Source of the DNA: Candidatus Eremiobacteria bacterium
GTDB taxonomy: Bacteria; Vulcanimicrobiota; Vulcanimicrobiia; Vulcanimicrobiales; Vulcanimicrobiaceae
Direction: 5' to 3'
DNA: 64,000 nucleotides
Assembly: GCA_963758295.1 (NCBI GenBank)
Contig: CAVWUU010000004.1
Location: forward strand, 32,001-96,000
Below the pieces are notes generated by a model that saw only the letters and a list, made by a program, of their open reading frames with translations, was not told the DNA's origin and searched no databases. The position numbers and the translations under genes are program-made. Shown here one piece after another: positions 10,301-23,124 of this stretch (position 1 is its first letter; every line of letters begins with the position of its first letter).

Positions 10301-11018
10301 GCGCGCTTTCGATCCGAAGGAGATGGTGAGGGGCATCCGGGCCGGTCATCATAAGCAAATCGACGATGGAGACGAACGGAGCGAACTCCCCGTGAAGTTG
10401 CGGATAGGCTGCATACGTATAATCGATGTACTCCAACGCTATGCCGGCGTCCGTAAATTGCTGCGGCTCGATGTAGCTGCGGGCAGAAGGCCCGCTGATG
10501 TAGCGCGTTGCGCCGGCTTGTTGTAACGTTGCGATGAGGCGCTGCGTTTTTGCGCCGGAAATTCGCAGTTCAGATGAACGAACGAAACGAGGCTTGAGGC
10601 CGAGGGCATCGGCAATTCGAATCGTGAGACCAATGGTGAAGTCCGCTAATCGATGTGCCTCGCCGGAAACGGCATCCGTTAAGAGAGAAAATGCCCAATC
10701 GAAATGTGGCGCGCGCCGGTAGGCGTGACGAATTGCTTCAAGATGCTTTCGTTGCCAATTGCTGCGATTGTCTATTTCGACGGCATTTATCGCCACATGC
10801 TCCTGAACGTTTCCTTTCGCATGCGTGGGAATGGTAATCCACTGAAGCCCGGTCGCCGTCTTGATCTGGTTTCGATTGCGCCAACCGTGTTTATCGTATT
10901 GCACGTCGTCGTAAAAGACAAACGTATCCGCGCGCCTGATGAGGTCGAAATATCCGCGCCAAGGAAGATACGACGGCTGCACGACCACGACGGTCTGCTC
11001 AGCCGCTGACGAAGCCAC
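10284..11018 (-). CDS. WbqC-like protein
   Basis: QPSYLPWRGYF, DDVQY, WRNRNQI, YISGPSARSY, Y.Q...F...SIVDLL. Confidence 0.9.
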   Translation of the reverse strand: MASSAAEQTVVVVQPSYLPWRGYFDLIRRADTFVFYDDVQYDKHGWRNRNQIKTATGLQWITIPTHAKGNVQEHVAINAVEIDNRSNWQRKHLEAIRHAYRRAPHFDWAFSLLTDAVSGEAHRLADFTIGLTIRIADALGLKPRFVRSSELRISGAKTQRLIATLQQAGATRYISGPSARSYIEPQQFTDAGIALEYIDYTYAAYPQLHGEFAPFVSIVDLLMMTGPDAPHHLLRIESAHASTL

Positions 11019-11020
11019 GA

Positions 11021-11752
11021 TTACGCCGGCGTGAGCTGATGCTGAGACGCCACCAGCTGTGTGGCGCGGTAGAGCGACTCGAATTGACCCGCGTCGGTCC
11101 ACCAACCGTCAAGGACGTCGTAGTACAAATCGCCTTCTTTGATATAGGCGTTGTTGACGTCGGTGATTTCGAGTTCGCCGCGGTCCGACGGCTTGAGCCG
11201 CTTGCAGAAGTCGAAAACGCGACGGTCGTACATGTAGATGCCGGTAACGGCGTACGAGCTCTTCGGCTGTTTCGGCTTTTCCTCGATACGCACGATGCGG
11301 TCACCGTCGAGTTCGGGACAGCCAAAGCGCTCCGGATCGTTTACTTCCTTAAGTAGAATGCGCGCACCGGAATCTTGTTCTTCAAACTTGCGAACGTACG
11401 GCGTGATGTCATCTTGGATGATGTTGTCGCCCAAAATGACCGCGATGCGCTGGCCTTCCGCGAAGTGTTCGCACAACTTGAGCGCGTCGGCGATGCCGCC
11501 TTCACCCTCTTGGTACGTGTAGTAAATGTCTTTCAGGCCGAATTCTTTGCCGTTGCCCAGAAGCCGCAGAAAGTCGCCGGCAGAGTTGCCGCCGGTAACG
11601 ATCATGATGTCCTTGATGCCGGCACGGACGAGCGTCTCGATCGGATAGTAGATCATCGGCTTGTCGTAAATCGGCAGCAGATGTTTGTTTGTAACCTTCG
11701 TCAGCGGCCGCAAACGCGAACCGAGACCACCGGCAAGAATAACGCCCTTCAT
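11021..11752 (-). CDS. rfbA: Glucose-1-phosphate thymidylyltransferase (short SpsI/RmlA type)
   Basis: MKGVILAGGLGSRLRPLT, KPMIYYP, LGDN, EEKP, RGELEITD, WTDAG. Confidence 0.93.
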   Translation of the reverse strand: MKGVILAGGLGSRLRPLTKVTNKHLLPIYDKPMIYYPIETLVRAGIKDIMIVTGGNSAGDFLRLLGNGKEFGLKDIYYTYQEGEGGIADALKLCEHFAEGQRIAVILGDNIIQDDITPYVRKFEEQDSGARILLKEVNDPERFGCPELDGDRIVRIEEKPKQPKSSYAVTGIYMYDRRVFDFCKRLKPSDRGELEITDVNNAYIKEGDLYYDVLDGWWTDAGQFESLYRATQLVASQHQLTPA

Positions 11753-11760
11753 ATGTTCCT

Positions 11761-12770
11761 TTAGCGATGCGCGTACTGGCGCTTGTAGTAATCCAGAAAT
11801 TCGCCCGACTTCAGCGGTCGCCACCATGCTTCGTTGGTGCGATACCAATCGATGGTGGAGCGTAAGCCTTCATCGAAGTTCATTCGCGGCGGCCCATCCG
11901 AGTGCGCGCGCCTTCGTGGTATCAACCGCATAGCGGCGATCGTGGCCTGCGCGGTCCGTCAACGTGGCGAACGTGCGTGTCCATCGAGCGCCCGCAGCCC
12001 TCGACGAGCAATTGCGTGATCTCCATGTTGGTGCGCGGATTGCCGCCCCCGATGTTGTAAATGTTTCCAAGTTCGCCGTGCTCGAGCACGTGCATGATGC
12101 CGCGCGCGTGATCTTCCACATAGAGCCAATCGCGAATCTGCAGCCCGTCGCCGTACACCGGAACGGTTTGATCGTCGAGCAGGTTCGTGACGAACAGCGG
12201 AATGAGCTTTTCGGGATACTGATACGGACCGTACGTGTTGCTGCCGCGCGTAATGAGTACCGGCGTCTTGAAGGTCGTCCAATAGGCGAGCACTTGCAGA
12301 TCGCCGCCGGCTTTGCTGGCCGAATAGGGGCTGCGCGGATGAAGGCCGTCGGTCTCTACCGACTCGCCTTCCGAAACGTCGCCGTACACTTCGTCGGTCG
12401 AAACTTGCACGTAGCGCGGAATGCCGTGCGCGCGAACCGCTTCGAGCAGCACGTGCGTTCCGAGGATATCGGTGCGCAAGAAATGCTTCGGGATCGAGGA
12501 TCGACCGGTCGACGTGCGTTTCCGCCGCGAAATTCACGATCGCGTCGACGCCGCTCGCCGATCGCGTGCGCGACGGCCGCCGCGATCGCAAATGTCGCCG
12601 CGAACGAACCGGTAGCGCGGGTCGTGCTCGAGGTCGGCACATTCGCCGGGTTGCCGGCATACGTCATCGCGTCGAGATTCGACGATCTCGAGATCTGGGC
12701 GCTCGCGGAGCGCGAGGCGGATGAAGTTCGAGCCGATGAACCCGAGGCCGCCGGTTACTAGCCAGCGCAT
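11761..12770 (-). CDS. rfbB: dTDP-glucose 4,6-dehydratase (several apparent sequencing frameshifts)
   Basis: Fragments LVTGGLGFIGSNF, TYAGN, NFAAETHVDRSI, VSTDEVYG, PYSASKA, GHDRRYA in different frames. Confidence 0.92.
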
Positions 12771-12835
12771 CCGGCATCTTTCGGCGGCATTCGGCCGCCG
12801 TACGGCTGGACCTACGCTCGCTGTGAAGGCGCGTC

Positions 12836-12980
12836 CGGCTATACTTCGCGGACGTTGCTGCGCTTCTGACGCGGCGCTGTAATTTCACTACGCCCGGCAC
12901 GGAGGCCGGGCGAGATGGTCCCACTAGACACGGCCGCACCGCCAGGATGGCACGCGGCCGGGACCAGAAAGGAGTACTCC
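12836..12980 (+). promoter_or_regulatory. rpsB promoter (-10 TATACT at 12840-12845) and structured 5' leader
   Basis: Hairpin CGCCCGGC(12891-98)/GCCGGGCG(12905-12); nested stems TGGTCC/GGACCA and CGGCCGC/GCGGCCG ending just before SD AAAGGAG; position typical of S2 autoregulatory leaders. Confidence 0.55.
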
Positions 12981-13764
12981 ATGTCCGTCGTTACCATGCG
13001 CGAACTGCTCGAAGCCGGCGTCCACTTCGGTCACCAGACCCGCCGCTGGAACCCGAAGATGAAGCCGTACATCTTCCAAGAGCGCAACGGCATCTACATC
13101 ATCGATCTCGCGCTGACCGTGCAGAAGCTGCGCGAGACCTACGAAGTCGTCAAGCAGATGGCGCGCGAGGGCAAAGTCATTCTTTTCGTCGGCACCAAGA
13201 AGCAAGCGCAGGACGTCGTTCGCGAAGAGGCCGAGCGCGCCGGCACGTTACTTCATCAACCAGCGCTGGCTCGGCGGCACGCTGACCAACTTCTCGACGA
13301 TTCAAAAGCGCATCGCGCGCCTGCGCGAACTCGAGAGCATGAAGGCTCAGGGCGATTTCGACCGCCTGCCCAAAAAAGAAGTCGCGAAGCTGCAGGACGA
13401 GATGAACAAGCTCGAGCGCTTCCTCGGCGGCATCAAAGACATGCACCGCCTGCCCGACGCCGTCTTCATCGTCGATCCGAAGAAAGAGCGCATCGCCGTG
13501 CTCGAAGCGCGCAAGCTGAAGATTCCGATCATCGCCGTCATCGACACGAACTGCGATCCCGACGAAATCGACTATCCGATCCCGGGCAACGACGATGCGA
13601 TTCGCGCCGTCAAGCTGATGGTCGGCAAGATCGCCGACGCGATCATCGAGGGCCGGACCGAGAGCGAAAGCGCCGATGGACGCCACGAGAGCCGCGTACG
13701 CGCGAGCCGCTACGAGGAAGCGCCGACCGCGCCACGCTCGCCGAAGCCGAGAGCCGCCGCCTAG
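12981..13764 (+). CDS. rpsB: 30S ribosomal protein S2 (frameshift about 13250)
   Basis: [47 protein letters not shown]. Confidence 0.97.
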
Positions 13765-13800
13765 CTGCAAGCACGTCACTTCGAAACTGGAGAGATACTG

Positions 13801-14411
13801 GTGTCCACGCAACGTCGTATCAACCCAAAGCCGACGAAATCAAAGCGCTGCGCGAAGAGACCAGCGCGCCGATGATGGATTGCCGCAAGGCGCTCATCGA
13901 AGCCGGCGGCGACATCGCGAAGGCCAAGGCGCTGCTGCTCGAACGCGGCGCCGCGCAGGCCGAGAAGAAGGCCGACCGCATCGCCAACGAAGGCCTCGTC
14001 ACCAGCTACATTCACGCCGGCGGCAAGATCGGCGTGCTGGTGGAGGTCAACAGCGAAACCGACTTCGTCGCGCGCAACCCGAAGTTCGCCGAACTGGCGC
14101 GCGACATCGCGATGCACATCGCGGCGATGTCGCCGCAGTACCTCGACCGCGCCAGCGTTCCGGCCGACGTCGTCGACGCAGCGAGGCGGAGTTCCGCAGC
14201 GGCGGTGCCCGCCGGCAAGCCGCCCGACGTCGCCGAGAAGATCGTCGAAGGCAAGCTGAACAAATGGTACGAGGAGCACGTGCTGCTCGACCAGCCGTTC
14301 GTCAAAGACGATTCGCTCTAGCGTGGGCGACCTCATCAACGCCGCGGTCGGAGCGCTCGGCGAGAAGATCAAGGTCCGCCGCTTCACGAAGTTCGCGCTC
14401 GGGAGAACTAG
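13801..14411 (+). CDS. tsf: Elongation factor Ts, short form (frameshifted)
   Basis: [47 protein letters not shown]. Confidence 0.95.
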
Positions 14412-15172
<761 letters not shown>

Positions 15173-15185
15173 GAGGAGCATAACG

Positions 15186-15744
15186 ATGGCAGACGTTTTT
15201 CAAAGACGTCGAAGTCGAAGATGAACAAGTGCGTCGAAGCGACGCGCTCCGAGTTCGCGTCGATTCGCACCGGCCGCGCGACGCCCGCGCTGCTCGACCG
15301 GCTGCACGTCGAAGCCTACGGCCAAGCCGTTCCGCTCAAGCAAGTCGCCGGCGTATCGACGCCCGACGCGCGCACGCTCGTCATTACCGCCTGGGACAAG
15401 GGCGTCGTCGGCGACATCCGAAAGGCGATCGAAAAGAGCGACCTCGGGCTGACGCCCAACATCGACGGCACGGCGATTCGCCTTGATCGTTCCGCCGCTC
15501 AACGAAGAGCGCCGCAAAGACCTCGTCAAAGTCGTCAAAAAGAAGGCCGAAGACGGCAAGATCGCCGTTCGCAACGTGCGCCACAAAGCGCACGACGATC
15601 TCAAGACGCCAGCTAAAGAGCGGCGAGATCACCGAAGACGACAACAAGCGCATGCAAGATCAGCTGCAAAAGCTGACCGACCGCTACGTCAAGGAAATCG
15701 ACGCGCTGGTCGCCGCCAAAGAAAAAGAGATCATGGAAGTCTAG
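15186..15744 (+). CDS. frr: Ribosome recycling factor (frameshifted)
   Basis: [38 protein letters not shown]. Confidence 0.96.
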
Positions 15745-15748
15745 CTGC

Positions 15749-15971
15749 ATGGCGATCGGACGACTCTGATGCTGATGCCGGAAGTCGACGCGCGGCGCGC
15801 CCTTGCGGGCCGCCGCGTGCGTTTTTCGGTGCTCGCGCCGTTCGGCCGCTGGCTCGGCTGCGGGACGCTGCGCGTGCTTCGCGCGTCGCGGATCCGCGCG
15901 ACGAAGAGACGCCGTGGAACTCGATCTGCGGCTACGAATCGTACGAGCGACTGGAACTGCCGACGCGATGA
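15749..15971 (+). CDS. Small hypothetical protein of about 70 aa (frameshifted)
   Basis: Fills the frr-uppS gap; pieces [28 protein letters not shown] and [19 protein letters not shown] with ATGA overlap into uppS. Confidence 0.5.
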
Positions 15972-16714
15972 CGATCGCTCGATGCGCAAGCCGCAGCTGC
16001 CGTCGAACTCGATCCGAGCGCGTTCCCGCGCCACGTCGCGATCATCATGGACGGCAACCGCCGCTGGGCCAAGCGCCGCGGCTGCCGGCGATCGAAGGCC
16101 ATCGCCGCGGCATCGTCGCGCTGCGGCGAAGTCACGCGCGCCGCCAGCGAGCTCGGCATCGAAGTCGTTGACCGTCTACGGATTTTCCACCGAAAACTGG
16201 AATCGCGACGCGCGCGAGATTTCGCTGCTGTTCGACCTGTGCGTGTATTTCGCGCGCAACGAACTCGCCGAACTGCAGCCGCAACAACGTTCGCGTTCGC
16301 GTCATCGGCGATTGGGAGTCGCTGCCGCCGCGTCCGCGCGCCGCGCTGGCGCGACCTGCAGGCGCAGACCGCGCGCAACACCGGCTTGCTGCTGAACCTC
16401 GCCGTGAACTATAGTTCGCGCGCCGAGCTGGAGCGCGCCGATCACGCGCCATCGCCGTCGACGTCGCCGCCGGCAGGCTCGACGCTCGCGGACGATCGAC
16501 GAAGCGCTGATCGGCGCTATCTCTACACCGCCGGACTTGCCCGACCTCGATCTGCTGATCCGCCCGGGCGGCGAGCACCGGCTTTCGAACTTTTTGCTGT
16601 ATCAGGCTGCCTACGCCGAACTCGTGATGACCGACGTCTTTTGGCCCGACTTTTCGGCGGAGATTTCGTCAGCGCGTTGCGCGAATATCGGCAGCGAAGC
16701 GCCGACGGCCGTGA
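15968..16714 (+). CDS. uppS: Undecaprenyl diphosphate synthase (frameshifted; end approximate)
   Basis: [54 protein letters not shown]. Confidence 0.93.
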
Positions 16715-17553
16715 CAGGCGGCTTCGGCGGCAGCGTGACGCTGCGCCGCGTCGTCGTCGGCCTGATCGTTGCGGCGTCATCGGCCTGGGCTGCGTAGCTG
16801 TCCCGTGGGCGTTCTACGTGCTTGCTCCTCGGAATCGGCTTGGCGCGCTTTACGAACTCAACGCGCTGTGCGAGATCAAAGGCCAGCCGCTCGAGTATCC
16901 GGTCGCGGTCGCTGGGCGTGTTCGCCTACGTCGTGCTGGCCGGCTTCGGCGTGCTGCACAAATGGGAAGGCGTGCTGCTGGCCGGCATCGTGATCGCGGC
17001 GTTCTGGATCGGCATGTACGGCGAGCAGAAGGGCTATTTCGCGCGCACCGCCTACACGCTGCTGGCCGTGCTGTACATCGGCAAGCTGCTGACGTACTTC
17101 GTGTTCGTCCGCGCAGATCGCGGGCAACGGACTGTGGTTGACGTTCTACGTCGATCGTGCTGATCGCGCTGACCGACATTTTCGGATGGTCATCGGCACG
17201 ATTGCCGGGCGGCATCCAGCTGACCAAAATTCGCCGAAAAAAACGGTCGAAGGTTCGGTCGGCGCGCTGGTCGTCGTGACGGCTGTCGCGACCGCCGCGA
17301 CGCTGCGTTCCGCAGCTGCATTTGCTGTGGTGGCAAGGCGCGGTGCTCGGGTCTGTTGACGTGCGTCGCCGCGCAAGCCGGCGACCTGGTCGAGTCGGCG
17401 CTCAAACGCGACGCCGGCGTGAAGGATGCCGGGGACGATGATTGTCGGTCACGGCGGCGTGCTGGACCGCTTCGACTCGTATCTTGTTCGGCGGCATGGC
17501 GTTTTTCGGCAACGCTGCACGTCGCTTGGGAGTGTCTGCAGGTGCCATCGTGA
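16711..17553 (+). CDS. cdsA: Phosphatidate cytidylyltransferase (frameshifted)
   Basis: [35 protein letters not shown]. Confidence 0.92.
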
Positions 17554-18724
17554 ACGCGCCGGCGCATCGCGATTCTCGGCTTCGACCGGCTCGATCGGCA
17601 CGCAAGCGCTCGACGTGATCGCCGCGCATCCCGATCGCTTCGAAGTCGTCGGGCTCGCCGCCGGACGCAACGTCGATCGTTGCTGCGCGAGCAAGTCGCA
17701 GCGCTTCGATCCGCGAGATCGCGACGACGGCGCGACGACGGTCCCGACGGGCTGCTGCGCGTCGCGGTCGAGAGCGAACCCGACATCGTGCTGGCCGCGA
17801 CCGACGGCGCGGTCGCGTTCGATGCCGTGTTTGCGGCGGTCGAACGCGGCATCGATATCGCCGTCGCGAACAAAGAACTGATCGTCGCTGCCGGCGAGCT
17901 GTTGATGGCTGCGCGCTGCGCCGCAGCGGATCGTGCATTGCTGCCGGTCGACAGCGAACACAGCGCGATCTTTCAGTGTCTGGTCGGCGAAGACGCGCGA
18001 GTCGTGTGCGCGCGATCGTGTTGACCGCGTCGGGCGGCCCGTTCTGGCGCTGTCCGCCGAGCGAAATCGCGAACGCGCGGCCGTCGACGCGGCGCTTGGC
18101 GCATCCGACGTGGCGCATGGGAACGAAAAACACGATCGATTCGGCGACGATGATGAACAAAGGGCTGGAAGTCATCGAAGCCAGCCGGCTGTTCGGCGTT
18201 GCCGGGCGAGCGGGTGCGTATCGTGGTGCACCCGCAGTCGATCGCCCACGGTTTCGTGGTCTTCACCGACGGCAGCGTGAAGGCGCAGCTGGCTGCGCCC
18301 GGACATGCGCGTGCCGATCGGCTATGCGCTCGCCTATCCCGACCGGCTCGCCTTCGCGCGACGCTGCGGCGGCCCTCAGGTGCCGGCAGGATGACGTCGG
18401 TACTGGCGGCGCTCGGGGGCCCAGCTCGGCGAGGCCGCCGCTGCGCTACGATTTCGAGACCGCCCGATCCGGAGCGTTTCCCGTGCGTGCGCTTGGCCTA
18501 CGAGGCGCTTGCCGCCGGGGGCACGGCGCCGGCGGTGCTTTCGGCCGCAAACGAAGTCGCGGTCAAGGCGTTTGTCGAAGGGAAGATCGCGTTCGGCAGC
18601 GATCGCCGATCGTCATCGAAGCGGCGATGGCCGAAACGGACCGCAGCGCGAACTCGACGCTCGAGGCGGTGCGAGCCGCCGACCGCGAGCGCTCGCAGCG
18701 CCGCCGAACGCGATCGTGCATACG
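17550..18724 (+). CDS. dxr: 1-deoxy-D-xylulose 5-phosphate reductoisomerase (frameshifted; end approximate)
   Basis: [65 protein letters not shown]. Confidence 0.95.
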
Positions 18725-18740
18725 CATCGAAAGGATCATC

Positions 18741-19884
18741 GTGTCTGCTAGCCGTCGTAACTCGCTCGGCATCGAGAAAGTCGTCACGTTTCTGGTCATG
18801 CTTGTCGGTGCTCGTCGTGCTGCACGAATTCGGCCACTTTATCGTCGCGCGCCGCAACGGCGTGCGCGTCAACGAGTTCGCGGTCGGCATGGGCCCAAGC
18901 TCTTCGGCTGGACCAGCCCGCGCAGCGGCACGCTGTATTCGGTGCGCGCGCTGCCGATCGGCGGCTACTGCGCGATGCAAGGTGAGGACGGCAAGACGTC
19001 CGAGGCCGAGCAGCAGCGCGAGTTCCGCGACGCGACCGCAACCGCGCAAAGACGATAATTTCCAGGCGCAAATCGCCTGGCAGCGGCTGGCGATCGTGCT
19101 GGCCGGCCCGGTCGCCAACTTCGTTCTGTGCTTTGCTGATCTTGCTGGTCGGCGCGCTGCGTTCGGCGTTGCCAGCGACAACGGCGCCGCAGCCGGTCGT
19201 CGGAATCTGGTCGCGGGCTCGCCGGCCGCGGCTCGCCGGCCTGCAGCCCGGCGATCGCATCGTCGCACTCGACGGCACGGACGCGACGTCACGAACGGCA
19301 GCGCGCTCGATCGACACGATTCATGCATCGCTCGGCAAGAAGCTCGACCTCGATGTACCAGCGCAACGGCGAGCGCACCGAGGTCGCACGTCGTGCCGCA
19401 ACCGTGTCCGCACGATGCCGCGAAGAAGGGCTGCATCGGCTTTCGCCGGTGCCCGTGTACGAGCGCGTCGGTCGTGCAAGGCGATCAGCACGAGCGCCGA
19501 CGCAGTTCGGCGACATCGCCGATCAAACGGTCGGCAGCATCGGCTGCTCGTGACGCATTCACGACAGTACGCGCCGCAAATTCCGGCGCCGATCGGCATG
19601 GGCCAGGTCGCCGCGACGGTCCAGGATTGGGGCTGGGGACCGTACTTCTGGCTGGCCGCGACGATTTCGTTTGCGCTCGGGCTTGTTCAATCTGCTGCCG
19701 ATTCCCGGCGCTCGACGGCGGCCGCGCCGCGTTCATCGTCGCCGAGATGGTGCGCGGAAAGCCGGTCGATCCGGAAAAAGAAGCGATGGTGCATATCGCC
19801 GGATTCGCCGCGCTGATGGCGTTGATGCTGTTCGTCGCGTTCCACGACATCGCCCGCATCGCTAGCGGAAACGGAGTCATGTAG
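18741..19884 (+). CDS. rseP: RseP/RasP site-2 metalloprotease (frameshifted)
   Basis: [22 protein letters not shown]-like [18 protein letters not shown]. Confidence 0.93.
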
Positions 19885-19888
19885 TCCG

Positions 19889-21034
19889 ATGTTGCGTTTG
19901 CGCCGCAAGAGCAAGCCGATCTTTCTGCAAAACAAGACCGGCAAAGCCGACGCGAAGAGCGTTTGGATCGGCGGCGATCATCCGATCGCCGTTCAGTCGA
20001 TGACGACGACCGATACCGCCGACGCCGACAAGACGCTCGAGCAGATTTACGGGCTCGCGATGGAAGGCTGCGAAGTCGTTCGCGTCACCGTGAAGGATCC
20101 GCCCGATGCCGCCGGACTGCCGGCGATCGTGCATCGCTCGCCGGTTCCGATCGTTGCCGACATTCATTTCGATCACAAGATGGCGCTCGCCGCGATCGAA
20201 GCCGGCGTCGCGAAACTGCGCCTGAATCCGGGCAACATTCGCGATCCGAAGAAGGTCGCCGAAGTCGTCACCGCCGCGAAAGCAGCGCGGCATTCCGATT
20301 CGCGTCGGCGTCAACATGGGTTCGCTCGCGCCGGATCTGGAGAAGACGCTCGGCCACACCGCCGAAGCGATGGTCGCAGTCGGCGCTGCGCCACGTCGAG
20401 ATGCTCGAAGAGCACGGCCACACCGACATCGCGATTTCGCTCAAAGCGCACGACGTCCTGACGACGGTCGCGGCGTACCGTTTGATGGATCGGCGGCTGC
20501 GCGAACGCGAGACGCCGTACGCGCTGCATCTCGGCATCACCGAAGCGGGCATGCTGCGCGACGGCACGATCAAGTCGTCGATCGGTCTGGGCATTTTGCT
20601 GTTCGAAGGCATCGGCGACACGATGCGCGTTTCGCTGGCCGCCGATCCGGTCGAAGAAGTTCCGGTTTGCTGGGGCATTCTGAAATCGCTCGGCTTGCGC
20701 GAAAAGGGCTTCGAAATTACGGCGTGCCCGTCGTGCGGCCGCGCCGAGATTTCGGTGCTCGAACTCGGCCGCGCCGTCGAAGCGATCGCAAAGTCGTATA
20801 GCGCGCCGGTGAAAGTCGCGGTCATGGGCTGCGTCGTCAACGGTCCCGGCGAATCGAAGATGGCCGACGTCGGCGTCGCCGGCGGCAAAGGCAAGGGCGC
20901 GATCTATCGCGCCGGCGAGCTGGTCGGCACGTATCCGGAGAGCGAACTGCTCGGCATGCTGCGCCTCGAAATCGAAAAAGTCATCGCCGAAAAGTATCCC
21001 GACTACGCTGCACGAGATCGGCCGTGCGTCGTGA
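19889..21034 (+). CDS. ispG: HMBPP synthase (frameshifted)
   Basis: IAVQSMT, ADIHF, RLNPGNI, HLGITEAG, GIGDTMRVSL, CPSCGR, VMGCVVNGPGE. Confidence 0.96.
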
Positions 21035-21514
21035 CGTACCGCCGGCCGGCTTGGCAAACGCTGTACGCTGACCGCGGTCGTCGCGCTCGTGGCTTCGGCG
21101 CTGCTGGCGTTCTCGCGTCCGGTCGAGATGATGGTCGACGGCCAGCGCGTCGAAAGCGACGTTCCGCCGGTGACAACCGCGTCCGATAACGTCTTCGTTC
21201 CGCTGCGTTCGATCGCCGAGCGCTCGGCGCCGCACGCGATCAGATGCCAAGGCGGGCGCATCGACGTCATGCGCGGCAACGCAATCGCTGCGCCTGAGAG
21301 TCGGCGACACGCACGCCACGGTCAACGGCGAGCCGATGACGCTGAAGCACGCGCCGTTTCGCGTGCGCGGCCGCGTGATGGTCGGACTCGACGCCGTCGC
21401 GCGCGCGTTCGACGTGCACGTCAACTACGATCCGCGGCACCGCGCGCATCGACGTTCGTCACCCCGGCATCGGTGAAGCCCCCACGCCCGATAACAAACG
21501 CCACCGCCGAGTAA
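21031..21514 (+). CDS. Secreted copper-amine-oxidase N-terminal domain protein (frameshifted)
   Basis: Signal-like N-terminus, VDGQRVESDVPP...VFVPLRSIAE and second repeat APF...GRVMV...ARAF.V.VNYD. Confidence 0.7.
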
Positions 21515-21536
21515 CGCTCGTCAGCGTGACGAGGAG

Positions 21537-23072
21537 TTAAGCTTCGCGCAAAGTCCCTCCGGTTCTTCGACCGGGACGACGTCGTCCGGGTTCGATTTGC
21601 GGAAGCCGTACGCAGAAGAAGAAGATCAGGCCGACGACGAGCGCGATCAGGAACCACGTCCACGTCGTGCGCGAAAGGCCGAAGACCGCGAGAAACAGCG
21701 AAAGCACGATGCCGAGGATCGGAAAGAGCGGTACGAACGGCACGCGGAAACTGCGCGGCAGATCCGGCTTGCGTTTGCGCAAGATACAGCACGCCGGCGC
21801 AGACGACCGTAAACGCGATCAGCGTGCCGATATTGACGAGATTCAGCAGATCGTTCAGCGGGACGATCAGCGCTAGAACGGCGACCGCGACGCCGGTGAT
21901 CATCGTCGTGCGCAGCGGCGTTTTGAAACGCGGATGGATCTCGGCGACGGCCGGCGGCAGCATCTCATCGCGCGCCATCACGTAAAAGATTCGCGACTGG
22001 CCCAGCAGCGAACTCAGCGCGACGCTGGTCGTTCCGGCGAGCACGCCGATCGTGATGACCCAGTTCAGCAACGGCATGTGCAGCGGCGCCAGCGCGTACA
22101 CGAGCGGATTCTTGATCGGCACGTGATTCCACGGCACCGCGCCGACCAGGACGATGGCGGTCGCGCAATAGATGATCGTGCCGATCGCGAGCGCACCGAT
22201 GACGCCGACCGGCACGTCGAACTGCGGATTCTTACATTCTTCGGCCGTCGTCGTCGCGGTGTCGAAGCCGATGTAACTGAAGAAGACGAACGCGCCGATC
22301 GCGATGATGCCGTACGGCTGCGCCGACGACGAGTAGTCCGCCATGCCGCCGAACGGGTCGCAGCGTTCCCCAGCCGATCGGATTGAAATTGTGCAAAGTG
22401 CTCCGGATGAAACAGCGCAACGCCGGCGACGACGAAGACGATGAGCGCCGAAATCTTCAGCACGACGAAGATATTGTTGGTCGTCGCCGATTCGCGAATG
22501 CCGATCGAAAGCAGGACGCTCAGAGCCGATGACGAAGAGCGCGCCGACGAGATCGCATTGCGAATGCAGCAGATCCCAACTTGCCGGGATGCCACCACGG
22601 ACCGTTGAATGATGAGGTTCGACTGTTGCGCCCACGCCGGCAACGCGAAGCCGATCGTCTTGAAAACGTCCTGCAGCGACGCCGAGAATTGCTGCGCGAC
22701 GGGCGCGGCGCTGATGCCGTATTCGAAGATCAGCGCGAAGCCGATGATCCACGCGAAGAGTTTGCCCATCGTCGCGTACGCGTACGTGTACGCACTGCCT
22801 GCAACCGGCACCATCGCGCCGAGCTCGGCATAACAGAGCGCGGCGAAAAACGACGTTAGGCCGGCGAGCAAGATACGAGATGATGACGGCCGGACCCGCA
22901 CCTTTGACGCCCGGTGCCGATCGTCGTGAAAATGCCGCCGCCGATCATCGTCCCGAGGCCGATCGCGACGAGGTCTTTGGCCGTGAGCGCGCGGCGCAGA
23001 ATTGCGGCGCGATGCAAGCTCGCGCAGCTTGTCGACGTTGGTCGTCGCAAACAGTTGGGAGACGAAAGACAT
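21537..23072 (-). CDS. APC-family amino acid permease (frameshifted)
   Basis: LRRALT..DL..IGLGTMIGGGIF, ALCYAEL, GSAYTY, FFSYIGFD, AEECKNPQ, IGTL, RSFRVP. Confidence 0.92.
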
Positions 23073-23124
23073 TCCGCGACGGTTCGCAAGGAAGCGCGCA
23101 GCGTCCCCCCGGAACTCCGGTCAC

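Noticed and set aside
12915..14321. Apparent RpsB-Tsf fusion ORF (468 aa)
   Set aside because: Chimera produced by indels; the middle is out-of-frame sequence
14319..14321. In-frame TAG in tsf as pyrrolysine or readthrough
   Set aside because: The continuation is in another frame; removing one T restores ...DDSLSVGDL
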